Shown piece after piece: positions 39,281 through 51,174 of a stretch of DNA of 64,000 nucleotides. Position 1 is the first letter of the stretch. Each line of letters starts with the position of its first letter. The DNA is from Okamejei kenojei (Eukaryota). Where the stretch lies: positions 66,898,001 to 66,962,000 of the forward strand of contig CM069132.1 of NCBI GenBank assembly GCA_035221665.1. Direction: 5' to 3'. Made by a program: the position numbers and the translations under genes. Below the pieces are notes generated by a model. That model saw only the letters and a list, made by a program, of their open reading frames with translations. It ran no database searches and had not been told where the DNA came from.

Positions 39281-40894
39281 ACCCAAACTTGATTTTATTC
39301 TTATGTTTCTATTACAAACATATTCCAAGAGATACAATGAAGAAGAAATCTAAATAATTTTCTCCTTTAGTGTCGAGAATAAATTTGGCACTGTCGCTAC
39401 CACCTGGCTGAAATCAGCTAAGTCAGCAAAGTCCAGGAATTAATGCCTGTGGATTTCCTGGCCTGGATGACTCAGTACAAGGCACATTGATCCACAAAAT
39501 CATTGGGGAAGCTCTGGTTACAGTATATTTAGTTGGAAAAAAAAGATTTTATTTTATTCACTGCATGCTGTTAGTGGTTAAATTAATACTGTAGCAATTG
39601 GGAATACTAATGATTGGCTCATACTAAATACAGCAGGACACCAAAGCACAGTTACAGAATAGCCCCAGTATCACATAGATAATCTTTCTCTCTCCCCTTT
39701 CCCAAAAGCATGATTATGGCATAATTATAGTTCGTTTCCATTTAGTAAAATATGACTCTGCCAGAGCAGTCTGAGAAAATAACTATTTTCTGTAAGGCAG
39801 CCTCTGAGTCTGAATGATCTAGACTCTCACAAAAGCAGAGGATAAGGACTGTAATCCTATCCTTTTGGTTTCATGTCGACTCACATGAAGTGATTTTTAA
39901 GGAAGGCCATGTGGTACTTGGCTTCCTGCAACATTGCAGCTGAAGAATTAGTTGAAATATTTTGGTCTCAGGGGTTAAACAAAGAAAGCATATTCGCATT
40001 GATTCGGGTTGACTTGACACTAAATAGGAAGTTGGAAATGAAGAATCAGCATTATTAATACAAAAAACAGGATGACTGTCGTAGATAGGAACGACAAATA
40101 TGGAAAATTAGAATTTTTTAGTAACTACAACACTGGCAATTGTAAACATGGTTTTATTCTTATTTTCAAAAATAAGTCCCTGTGGATAATATTTTAAAGA
40201 GATAATATTTCTGGAGATGGGACAAGAATTCAGCCCTAAACCTTCAGGTTAGTATGTAACAATATATTTTCAAAGTTTTACTTTTGTGTATCCTTCAGTT
40301 GCCATGGAAATGCTTTGTAATCCTCAGTGGAAAATCTGCAGTAAAAGCTATCTGCAAGATACTTGAGCTCACACGGCCACAATGATGTTAACACTCTTTG
40401 CAGTGACTGATATGGTAAATGTGAAGATTTAGATCCAATCTGTTGGCAAAAAATGTTCTACCCTAAACCGTTCTGACCCTGTATCGTCCAAATCAGTGGA
40501 TTCTTGCAGTTAAAAAGAGCCATGGCTTTTGTTCTCTTCAGCAATAAGACTTCAATTATTTTAAATGTATTTCTGAAACTTTGTTAAAAAATGGGAATAC
40601 TTTCTGACATTCATGGATTAGTTCATTTAAGTACTTTGCCATTATTACCAACTTGGTACATCAATAAAAGAAAGAGAATCCCATTTAATTTTGCCAGGCT
40701 GAAGAAAGAAACATTAACACGATTGCCACCGCTTATCTTTGTATACCATTTGAGAATGTTGAATAAAAATAACATTTTTAATGTAATGCAATGTACTGTT
40801 AGAATAATGTGAAAGTCCCACATTTAAATAGCATCTCTCGTACCAGTGTCCACAACCAAAGGGCGCTTTTGATGTATTGTCACTTTTGTAACAT

Positions 40895-41028
40895 GGTGTT
40901 AGGGGTTATGGGGAAAAGGCAGGAGGTTGGGGTTGAGAGGGAAAGATAGATCAGCCATGATTGAATGGCAGAGTAGATTTGATGGGCCGAATGGCTTAAT
41001 TCTGCTCCTAGAATGTATGAACTTATGG
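40895..41028 (+). mobile_element. CR1 3' end fragment
   Basis: aggggttatggggaaaaggcagga..gatcagccatgattgaatggc..gggccgaatggcttaattctgctcct. Confidence 0.8.
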
Positions 41029-41049
41029 TAAATACAGTAATGACCAGAT

Positions 41050-44000
41050 GATTAGTCATAGAGTGATACAGTGTGGAAACAGACCCTTTGGCCCAACTTG
41101 CCCAACAATGTCCCAGCTACCCTTGTCCCACTTGCCTGCGCTTGGTCCATATCCCTCCAAACCTTTCCTATCCATGTACCTGTCTAAGTGTTTCTTAAAC
41201 GATGTGATAATCCCAGCCTCAACTACCGCCTCTGGCAGCTTGTTCCATACACCCACCACCCTTTGTGTGAAAAAGTTACCCCTCGGATTCCTATTAAATT
41301 TTTTCACTTTAACTTGAACCTATGTCCTCTGGTCCTCGATTCCCCTACTCTGGGTAAAAGCCTCTGTGCAACTACCTAATCTATTCCTCTTATGATTTTG
41401 TATACCTCTATAAGATCCTCCTGCGCTCCATGGAATAGAAACCCAGCCTACTCAACCTTTAGTTCACACCCTCTAGGCCTGGCCACATCCTTGTATTATT
41501 TCCTGAACCCTTTCAAGCTTGACAATATCTTTCCTATAACATGGTGCCCAGAACTGAACACAATATTCTAAATACGGTCTCACCAACGTCTTACACAACT
41601 GCAACATGACATCCCAACTTCTATAATACTATGACTAATGAAGGCCAAAATGCCAAAAGCCTTTTTGACCACCTTATCTATCTGCGACTCAACCTTCAAG
41701 GAATCATGCACATGTACTTCCGAAGAACCATGCATCAGTCTGAAGAATGGTCTTGACCCATAACATCACCCATTCCTTTTCTCCAGAGATCCTGCCTGAC
41801 CCACTGATTTACTCCAGCATTTTGTGTCTACCACCTGTACTCCAAGATCCATCTGCTCGATAACACTAACCAGAGGCCTACCATTTACTGTGTAGGTCCT
41901 GCCCTTGTACGACATCCCAAAATGCAACAACTTACACTTCTCTGTATTAAATTCCATCAACCATTTCTCCGTCTACCTGGCCAATCGATTCAGACACTGC
42001 TGCAATCATTCACAACCATCTTCACTATCTGCAAACCACTAACTTTTGTTTGCTGATGATACTTGCTAATCTTGCCCTGTGTTTTTTCATCCAAATCAGT
42101 GATGAAAAACAGTAACAGGCCCAGCACCAAACCCTGAGGCACACCATTAGTCACAGGCCTCCATTCTGAGAAGCAACCTTCGACCATCACCCATGCTTCC
42201 TTCCATGGAGCCAATTTGCTAACCATTCGGCTATCTCTCCTTGGATCCCATACGATCTAACCTTTCAGAGCAGCTTACCACGCGGAACCTTGTCGAACGC
42301 CTTACCGAAGTCCATGCAGACAACATCTACAGCTCTGCTCTCATCAACCTCTTTGGTCACGTCTTCAAAAAGAATCAATCAGATTTGTGAGGCACAACCT
42401 CACATGTATAAAACCATGCTGACTGTCCCAAATCAGCTCTTGCCCATCCAAATGTCTGTATATACTATCCCTCAGAATACTCTCCAGCAACTTACCAACT
42501 ACAGATGTTAAGCTCAACGGCCTATACTTTGCAGCATTTTCCTTGCAGCCCTTCTTGAAAAGAGGCACAACATTTGCCACCCTCCAATCTTCCGGCACCT
42601 CTCCTGTATTTAAGGATGACTCGTAAATTTCAAACAGGGCTCCCACAATTTCCTCTCTAGTTTCCGGCAATGTCCTCGGATATATCTGATCAGGCCTAGG
42701 AGATTTGTCTACCTTCAAACACGACAGTATCTTCAGTACTTCCTTGATGGTGACCCTGACTGCTCTCGAGACACTTCCAGTGACTGCTCCAATTTCCTCC
42801 CTCCTACTGTCTTTCTCCTCGGTAAATACAGAGGAGCAATACTCATTTAGGACCTTGCTCATCCCCTGTGGCTCTGCACAGAGGTGACCGCTTTGATTCC
42901 CGAGAGGTCCCACTCTCTCGAGTTACCCTTTTTCCCCTTATGTATTTATAAAATCTTTTGGGATTGTCCTTAATGCTACCCACCAGAGCTATCTCCTGGC
43001 CCCTTTTTGCCCTTCTGATTTCCTTTTTTTAAGTTTACTCCTTAGTTCCCAAAACTCCTCCAGTGATGCACTTGATCCCAGCTGCCTGTACCTGTCACAT
43101 GCATCCTTCTTGTTTTTGACTAACGTCTCAATATCCCTCGTCCGCCAAGCTTTCTTATGTTTGCCTGCTTTGCCTCTTCAGTACACTTTTAAAAAGAACC
43201 CACTTGGCCAATGTTCCTTCCCCCTCAAATAACCTGCTCCAGTCAACGCGAGTGAGACCTTCTCTCATTCCCTCAAAGTTGGCCTTACCCCAGTTGTGCA
43301 TTTTAACCCATGGACCCTCTCCATCCCTATTCGTAACTGTCTTAAACTTAATCGAACTGTGGTCACTAGTCCCAAAAGGCTTCTCCACACACACTTCATT
43401 AACTTGCCCTTCCCAATTTCCCGATACTAGATCCAGTGTTGCCTCCACATACTGCTTAAGAAAACTCTCCTGAACACATTTGAAGAATTACACCGCTATC
43501 TAAACCCTTCACGCTATGATTTTCCCAGTCTATATTGGGAAAGTTAATCTCCCTTAACAACCTTATATGACCGGCAGCTGTCTGCAATCTTCCAGCACAT
43601 TTGTTCCTCTAATTGTCATTGACTATTTGGGGGTCTGTTGTACACCCTAAACAAGGTGATCATCCATTTCTTGATCCTCAGCTCCTCCCCTATAGCCTCA
43701 CTAAACAAACTGTCCATAATGTCACCTCTGTTCACAGCTGTGACATCCTCCTTTACCAACAATGCAAACCCCCCCCACCCCCCCACCTCTTTTTCCCTCA
43801 CCCCCGTCTCTCCTGAATCCTGGAACATCGAGCTGCCAGTCCTGCCCGTCCCTTAACCAGGTTTCAGTCATGGCTACAACGTCCCAGTCGCTCATTCCTA
43901 TCCATACCCTGAGCTCATCTGCGTTACCCGTCAGGATCCTTGCATTGAAATATGTGCCGTTTAAACCAACCTTCTTTCCTAGCTCTCTGCTGCTCCCGTG

Positions 44001-45240
44001 TAGCACAAGCAAACCTTCCCACTAGGATATTGGTCCCCCTCCAGTTTAGATGCAGCCTGTCCCTTTTATATGTCACCCCTGCCCCAGAAGAGATCCCAAT
44101 GATCCAGAAATCCGAATCGCTGCCCTGGGCACCAACTCCTCAGCCACAGATTCATATCCTCTATCTTCCTATTCTTACCTTCACTAGCACAAGGTACTGG
44201 AAGCAATCCTGAGATCACTGCCCCGCAGGTCCTGCTTTTCAGTCTTCTGCTCAATTCCGTAAATTCTTGTTGCAGAATCTCATTCCTCTTCCTACCTATA
44301 TCATTCGTGAGAAACATGCACAACAATCTCCAGCTGCTTCCTCTCACACGTGAGGATGCCGTGCAGCCGCTCCGAGACGTCCTGGACCCTGGCACCAGGC
44401 AGGCAACACACCATCCTGGAGTCTCGTCTGTTGCCGCAGAATCTCCTGACCATACCTCTGACGATAGTCTCCCACCACTATGGCTCTGCCTGACGTCACT
44501 TCCCCGTTGAAGTTGGAAGCACAGCCCTGGCTCCCTCTCAATCTTGTTGTGTTGTCCACTCCCAAGAGGGTGTACCTGTTTTCAGTAGGTACAGCCACTG
44601 GGGTCTCCTGCACTCCATGTTTGCTCCTCTTTCTCACAGTCACCCACTTTCACTCTTCCAGTATCCTCGGTGTGACAACCTCACTGTAGGTCCTGTCCAG
44701 GAAATTCTCGTTTTCTCAGATGGCCCTGAGTTCATCCAACTGCTGCTCCAGTTCCCCAACACGTTCATTCAGGAGCTGCACCTGAACACAATTTCTGCAG
44801 GTGTAGTTGTCAAAGCACCAGCAGTGTCCCTGCCTTCCCACATCCTGCAGCAAACACACTGCACCAATTTACCTGCCATTTCTGTAGTGGACAAAAAAAA
44901 ATCACAAATTTCAAATCAAGTGTAGCCTGCTTGCCTCAGCCTCCTCGCCGAATACTCTTGAGCTAACGACTCACACTTTACTCACCAAGGCACCACCACA
45001 ACTAGGCCCTACTTTTATTTGCAGTTCAATTAACTAATTTTACAAATTAGCTAATTTACAAATTTGCTGATTTAGATTCTACAGCCTGGCTTTATCTTCT
45101 GCAGCCAATCCCCACACTTGCTCCATCACCTGCCGATTTTTAAGGCATGTTTTGCAGGCTGGCCCTGACTGGTTTTTAAATGATCCGATCGTGAAAAAAC
45201 TCACCAAGACTTTAACTTCTGCAACCAATCCCCGCACCTG
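41050..45240 (-). mobile_element. Near full-length decayed CR1/HER1-type LINE (ORF1 Zn-finger/esterase, ORF2 APE + RT)
   Basis: ORF1 starts near 44879 (MAGKLVQCVCCRMWE), with esterase pieces (TNDIGR, VISGLLPV, FLDHWDLFWGR). ORF2 pieces: YFNAR, VVAMTETWL, YNRPPNS, LDLV, SDHS, KSPRPD, YRPLSLTS, GVPQGLVLG, NFFTQRVV..WNKLP. 5' boundary approximate. Confidence 0.93.
41735..41830 (+). mobile_element. Penelope-derived short repeat nested in the CR1
   Basis: ctgaagaatggtcttgacccataacatc plus body. Flanked by a degenerate duplication cacatgtacttccgaagaaccat / cacctgtactccaagatccat. Confidence 0.8.
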
Positions 45241-45459
45241 CTCCTTCACCAATTATTGTTCTGTGATCATTTGTATATTTTTTCTCCACAAGTGCTGCCT
45301 GACATGTGGAGCACTCCCACCTCTGCTTTTCCCCTGTGCTGATGATTTACGGATCAATATTGGCCCAATGTGAATGAGGATAATTCTCCTTCTCTTTAAA
45401 ATGACAATAATGAATGTTTTAAGTTAACTGGGAAAGGAAACGGTACCCACATTTAATAT

Positions 45460-45692
45460 AGACAAAAGTGCTGGAGAAACGCAGCGGGTGAGGCAGCATC
45501 TATGGAGCAAAGGAAATAGGCAGCGTTTCAGGCCGAAACCCTTCTTCAGACAGAATAAGGGTTTCAGACTGAAGAAGGGTTTCGGCTCAAAACATTGCCT
45601 ATTTCCTTTGATCCATAGATGCTGCCTCACCCGCTGAGTTTCTCCAGCACTTTTGTCACTTTGATTTTCCAGCATCTGCAGTTCCTTCTTAA
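45460..45692. mobile_element. Penelope-derived palindromic element with two hammerhead-like cores and a 15-bp TSD
   Basis: ~90-bp near-perfect inverted arms. TSD acccacatttaatat (45445-45459) / acccatatttaatat (45693-45707). Confidence 0.88.
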
Positions 45693-45990
45693 ACCCATAT
45701 TTAATATCTTGTTTCAAAATACAATGCCTCTGACAGAGAAGTATCAATTGCATGCAGCAATGGAACATCATCCTAGACTTCTGTGCTCAAGTCATTCCAA
45801 TGTGATTTATAAACATATTTTCATCTGCAGGTTTTGTTTTGAAATATTAAACAGTAGCTTTCATAATTTGGAATGCAATATTAGAACAAAAGAATATAGC
45901 AAAAGAGGTATACTCATGAACATGTTATTTGGCCCCTCTTGCTGTCTCTACCATTCAGTAAAATCATGGATGATTTTACTTCAGCTCCAT

Positions 45991-46533
45991 TTAGTTTACT
46001 TTAGTTTAATTTAGTTTAGAGACACAACATAGAAATAGTCCCTTCGGCCCATCAAGTACACAGCGGCCATTGATCACCCGTTCACACCAGTTGTATCTTA
46101 TCTCTTTCTCTTTCATTCCTTACACATTAGGGGCAATTTAAAAAGGCCAATTAACCTACAAACCCACACGTCTTTGGGATGTGTGAGGAAACCAGAGCAC
46201 CAGAAGGAAACCCACATGGTCACAAGGAGAACATGTAAACTGTGTAGAGACAGCACACGAGGTCAGAATTTAACCCAGGTCGTGATTTGATCCTGATTAC
46301 TAGTGCTGTCTGTACAGAGTTTGTACATTCTCCCTGTTGCCTTGTGGGTTTTCTCCAGTTGTTCCAGTTTCCTTACACATCCCCAAAATGTGCGGGTTTA
46401 CAGGTTTAATTGGCTTCTGTAAATTGTCCCTTGTGTGTAGGATAGAATTAGTATATATGTGATCACTGGTCAGCATGGACTCGATGGGCCGAAGAGCCTG
46501 TTTCCATGTTTCTCTAAACTAAACCAAACTAAA
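45991..46533. mobile_element. Two HE1-type V-SINEs joined head-to-head
   Basis: Minus copy 45991-46281 and plus copy 46282-46533. Each has a V-domain and a (ctaaa)n tail, and both are truncated near the B-box. Confidence 0.82.
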
Positions 46534-46935
46534 AGAAGGTAAGTGAGAAATACCAGCTTCAGCGCACACATTTTCTTTCATCACTGTTTGTACCTGGAAG
46601 AAACGGGTATCAATCCTGCTCACCCAAAGCAAATGCACCACAATTAGTCCCTTCCTTCAAATCCCTTTGTGATCTGTTCCTTCTAAAATTCCACTTTGTT
46701 CCATTGTCTGTTTCACTACATTTGACACTTTTTTACTTCGGAGTCACGTGAGTGATTCCGTGAAGAAGACCCGCCAGGCTGCATGCGCACCAGTACGTCA
46801 GCTGCATTGACGCACGGAGGCTGCGAGGATCAGAGCTCCTCCAGCGGTAAGTATGCAGACTCCAGGTAAGTTTAAAAAAAAACTTTTACTGGAGTTCGAG
46901 TCCGTGCTGGCCGGTACGCTATACCGAGTGCTGGC

Positions 46936-47844
46936 ATGGAAAAAACAGGGAAGGGAAAGCGGCGAGGATCAAGCAGCCGCGGCAGCTCAGGCTTGGAAGC
47001 CCTGCCTCATACCCCTGTTCAGTTGCTAGCTACAGAGATAGTGACTGCAGACTTAGAGCTACACAGCACAGAGCCGCCGCCATTAGGCAATTGCAAGGCA
47101 ATTGATAAGTCTGCTAGATCCACGGAGTCGGGGAATGATTCCTCACCGGTGCTGGATAGAGTGTGTACACACCTATCCCAAGTAGAGGAGATGTTGCATA
47201 CAGTCCTCCAAAGAACTTCACTCCAACAGAAGGAGTGTCAGCGCTCAGAGAAAGATGCACCAGCAGCAACAGTGCTGCCAGAATACCCTTTTCATTTTGA
47301 AGGGAGTGCAATGGATCAGGGCAATCCTGAGCCCGAATTTGATGGGGAAGTTCAGCCAGAAGAAACAGTAGAATTACCAGATGTTCCACCACTGGCATTT
47401 CCATTTGCTGCACCATCAGGAACAGGTGAGCTGGCTACCATAATAAATTACATGGTGTCTCATCAGCTCCAGGAGCTTACTATGGATGAGACAGCCAAAA
47501 AACATGAGCCTCCAAGCAACTGTGAGTTGTTAAGAGTTCCAACTGTGAATCAAGTTATATGGGGTCAAATGGGACACGGCATGCAAAGTCAAGATATTAA
47601 AATCCAGCTGCTGGCATTACAGCATTCGCAAGAACAATGGATGGTGGTTTTGTGGCCAGAACACACCAAGAGCAGGACACCCATTTTGAGATCAATTGAG
47701 GAAAAGGGCTATAAGACTGCGCTTTGCAAGCCAGCAAATATCCAACACCTGAGAGAGGTCAAAGAAATAAATGAAGACACAAAAACAATGAGCTTGATGA
47801 GACCAATGATGCCCGGCAGACAGCTGAAGAGAAAGTATCCTTAG
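46936..47844 (+). CDS. DIRS ORF1 gag-like protein (302 aa, probably internally deleted)
   Basis: First long ORF after the left terminus. KHEPPSNCELLRVPTVNQVIW resembles DIRS1 gag. Confidence 0.75.
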   Translation: MEKTGKGKRRGSSSRGSSGLEALPHTPVQLLATEIVTADLELHSTEPPPLGNCKAIDKSARSTESGNDSSPVLDRVCTHLSQVEEMLHTVLQRTSLQQKECQRSEKDAPAATVLPEYPFHFEGSAMDQGNPEPEFDGEVQPEETVELPDVPPLAFPFAAPSGTGELATIINYMVSHQLQELTMDETAKKHEPPSNCELLRVPTVNQVIWGQMGHGMQSQDIKIQLLALQHSQEQWMVVLWPEHTKSRTPILRSIEEKGYKTALCKPANIQHLREVKEINEDTKTMSLMRPMMPGRQLKRKYP

Positions 47845-48029
47845 AGAACCATCTCAGCATCCGGGGCTACACCAGGGACAAGTCGGTCCTCAGCGCAGGG
47901 GCGTGGATGGTATCCTTCGGCTGGAACATGAGCAACCATGGGGACTACTGCCAGAGGCTGGAGTCAGCAGGGTGCACCAGTTACCAGCGAGGTAAGTGGA
48001 CCTGGTTCTCATAAAAACATATTAAATGT

Positions 48030-49895
48030 AACACAGGAAAAAGTTGGTGGTAGATTACGGCATTTTTTATTACGAATGGAAGCAGCTTAATAAACAGAAG
48101 TGTGATTCACCTCTCCAACATGTTCCTAGTAGAACACTTTATTTTTCACACACAGAAGTAATGGAGGTTCAAGCTGAACTCACAAAATTATGTAACAAAG
48201 GTGTAATTGAGAAAACGGTTCATCAAGTCCACCAATTTGTGTGAAATATTTTTCCCCGCCCTAAAAAGGACGGACGATGCAGAATCATTTTGGATCTGAC
48301 AAAATTAAATCCATTTGTACTCTACAGACATTTCAAAATGGAAACGCTGGTTACGGCCAAGAAACGAATTTCCAGACGTTGTTATATGGCAACCGTAGAT
48401 CTGAAAGACGCTTATTATTCAGTGCCTGTTCGTTGCGAGCATAGAAGGTATTTCAAATTCATTTGGATAAATCAATTATGGCAGTATAAGGCACTGCCAA
48501 ATGGATTGACCTCAGCTCCTAGAGTATTCACTAAGTTGTTAAAACCAATTTTGGGACTACTTAGAGGTCAGGGCCATGTGATTATGACTTATTTGGATGA
48601 TATTTTGATAATTGGGCAAACTAAAGAAGTAGCTGAAACATCAGTGGCAATTGTCAAAACCACATTTGAAAGATTGGGGTTTATCATTCATTTGGGTAAA
48701 TCTAAATTAACACCAATTACCATAATTGATTCTTTGGGGTTCTCAATTGACTCAATTAAAATGGTAATTACTTTGCCCAGGGGAAAAAGTACAGAGCTAA
48801 TTGAGGATTGTTTAAAGTTTTTAAACCAGCATAAACCTTCAATTAGACAAGTGGCGAGGCTACTGGGGAAGATGGTAGCAGCTTTTCCAGCAGTCCAATT
48901 AAGCCCTTGCATTATCAGCAATTACAAAGAGCAAAGGAACAGGCACTCAAGGTATAATTGGGGCATTGTGAAAGGCCCATGCAATTATCAGCAGAAGCAA
49001 TTACTGATATTTTATGGTGGGTCCAACATTTCTCCAGTAGTTTCAGTACAGTTGTGCTAGAATAACCTTCCATGGTCTTACAGACTGATGTCAGTGCACT
49101 TGGGTGGGGTGCCACAGACACAAATTCAAGTTGTGGAGGAAGATGAAGTATGGAAGAAGCGTTGCTTTTGCAGGCATGGGGAATGAAACTATTTAGAGCT
49201 TTTAGGAGCATTTTATGGGCTCGAAGCTTATTGTTCAAGCAAAAGCAGGCTTCCTCTCCCCGCCGGGAGTCTTCATGTTCAGCTCCAAATTGATAACACC
49301 ACGGCAGTCGCATATGTTAATCACATGGGTGGTATCAAGTCAGTATCTTGCGATAGACTGGCAAACCAAATCATGATCTGGTGTATTGACAAACACATCT
49401 GGCTCTCAGCTATTTATCTGCCAGGGAAATTCAATACTGTGGCAGACACCAGGTCACGAAGGTTCCATGACAACATTGAGTGGATGTTGAATTGAGATGT
49501 GTTCAAAGAGATCATTGTCAAATATGGAACGCCAGATGTTGACTTGTTTGCATCTAGACTAAACCACCAGTTTCCCAAATATATCATGGGAACCAGATCC
49601 TGGCGCAGTAGCATTTGACGTTTTCTCGCTGAATTGGGGTGGTATGTATATATATATATACATTTCCACCGTTTTGCCTAATAAATCGATGTCTGCTTAA
49701 AATCAAGCAGGACAATGCTTCAGCGGTACTGGTGATACCCGACTGGCCTACCCAGCCATGATGCCCTTTGATTCTACAGATGATGACACAACCCCTGATG
49801 GCTGTTCCCAAACAAAGGGATTTATTGGTGCATCCGGTAACAGGCGAATGCCATCTGTTGTATGACCGTATTGATTTGTTAATTTGCAGATTCTA
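48030..49895 (+). pseudogene. DIRS pol: reverse transcriptase, RNase H and adenine-methyltransferase-like domain
   Basis: RPKKDGRCRIILDL, VDLKDAYYSV, LPNGLTSAPRVFTK and TYLDDILI (RT). QTDVSALGWG, QIDNTTAVAYVNHMGG and YLPGKFNTVADTRSR (RNase H). PDVDLFASRLN, FPPF and LVIPDWPTQP (MT). Several stops and frameshifts. Confidence 0.92.
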
Positions 49896-50895
49896 AGAAG
49901 GCCATATCTGGGGCATGGATTGTCGGGGCAAACTGTGGACATGCTTACTGCATCTTGGAGATCGAGTACTCAAAAGCAGTATTTTTGTTATGTAAAATTG
50001 GGAAGCTTATTGTATACAAAATGATATTGACTATTGTACAGCATGTGACTCGCATGTTCTGGAGTTTCTGTCAACCCTCTACTATGATGAAGGACTAAGT
50101 TATAGTGCAATCAATACAGCAAGAAGGGATGAAGTCAGACAAACATTCGATTGGGTTTCACCCTCTTGTTGTTCGATTGATGAAGGGCATTTTTAATTCC
50201 AGACCTCCCAAAACTAGATATATGGCTATTTGGGATGTGAGTATGGTCCTTAGAATGCTATGTGAGTGGTTTCCTATCTCATCTTTGTCTTTGACCAAAA
50301 TCACCATGAAGGTGGCCATGCTTAGGGTGTTGGTTTCAGCACAAAGGGTACAGTCATTACAAAAATTACAGTTGGACAGAATGGAAACTACTGCAGACAA
50401 CATTACGTTTTACATTTATGACCTCCTCAAGCAAAGCAGGCCAGGTGTCACAGGGTTTAAAATAGTATTTTCAGCATATCCCACGGATCCATCCTTGTGC
50501 GTAAAAACATATTTGATGCAATACATTGCAGCTACAGAGGGCTTATAACATTGCAGCTACAGAGGGTTTTTTATAACTGATAAACAATCCCATCTCCCTG
50601 TTACAGGGAGATGGGATTGTTTATCAGTTATAAAAAAACACATAAGAGAGTGTCAGTTAACACTATTTCGAGATGGCTGAAACAAGTTTTGATTGATGCA
50701 GGTAGTAACACAGATGGATTTTCATCTCATTCCACTAGGGCAGCAGCTACTTCGGCGGCCAAAGCGAAGGACGTGCCCGTCGATCATATTATGGTGGCCG
50801 CTGGATGGGCAAATGAGCTGATGTTTCAGAATTTTTATCATCGGCCGATTGTCAATCCAGGACTGTTTGCTAATGCCATTTTAACTTCTGTTTAA
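49890..50895 (+). pseudogene. DIRS tyrosine recombinase
   Basis: HPLVVRLMKGIFNSRPP, SAQRVQSL, LKQSRPG, HSTRAAATSAA, AAGW and FQNFY carry the R-K-H-x-x-R-W-Y catalytic set. Frame broken near 50100 and at 50546-50604. Confidence 0.92.
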
Positions 50896-51062
50896 GTATG
50901 TAAATTTAAGGGGTACTGTCGTTTGTTTACATTATTAATTACACCCTATTACTACATTGAATGCAATGTTGCTACTAATGCATTTATTTCTATTTCGAGT
51001 CAATCAATGCAGTGGAATGCTGAGATTTGTAATCTGCGGCATGAAATCACAAAGCTTTGAAC

Positions 51063-51174
51063 TCTTCACGGAATCACTCACGTGACTCCAAAGTAAAATA
51101 GTAAGATTAAACGAGAACTTACCAGTTTGAAGTTTGATCTTGATTTTATGAGGAGTTACGTTGGTGATTACGTG
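51063..51174 (+). repeat. DIRS internal complementary region (ICR)
   Basis: 51063-51098 is the reverse complement of 46731-46766, and 51099-51174 is the reverse complement of 51319-51394. Confidence 0.95.

Noticed and set aside
50105-50895. Phage-integrase-like protein suggesting prophage or bacterial contamination
   Set aside because: It is the YR of the DIRS retrotransposon, flanked by RT/RNase H and the ICR.
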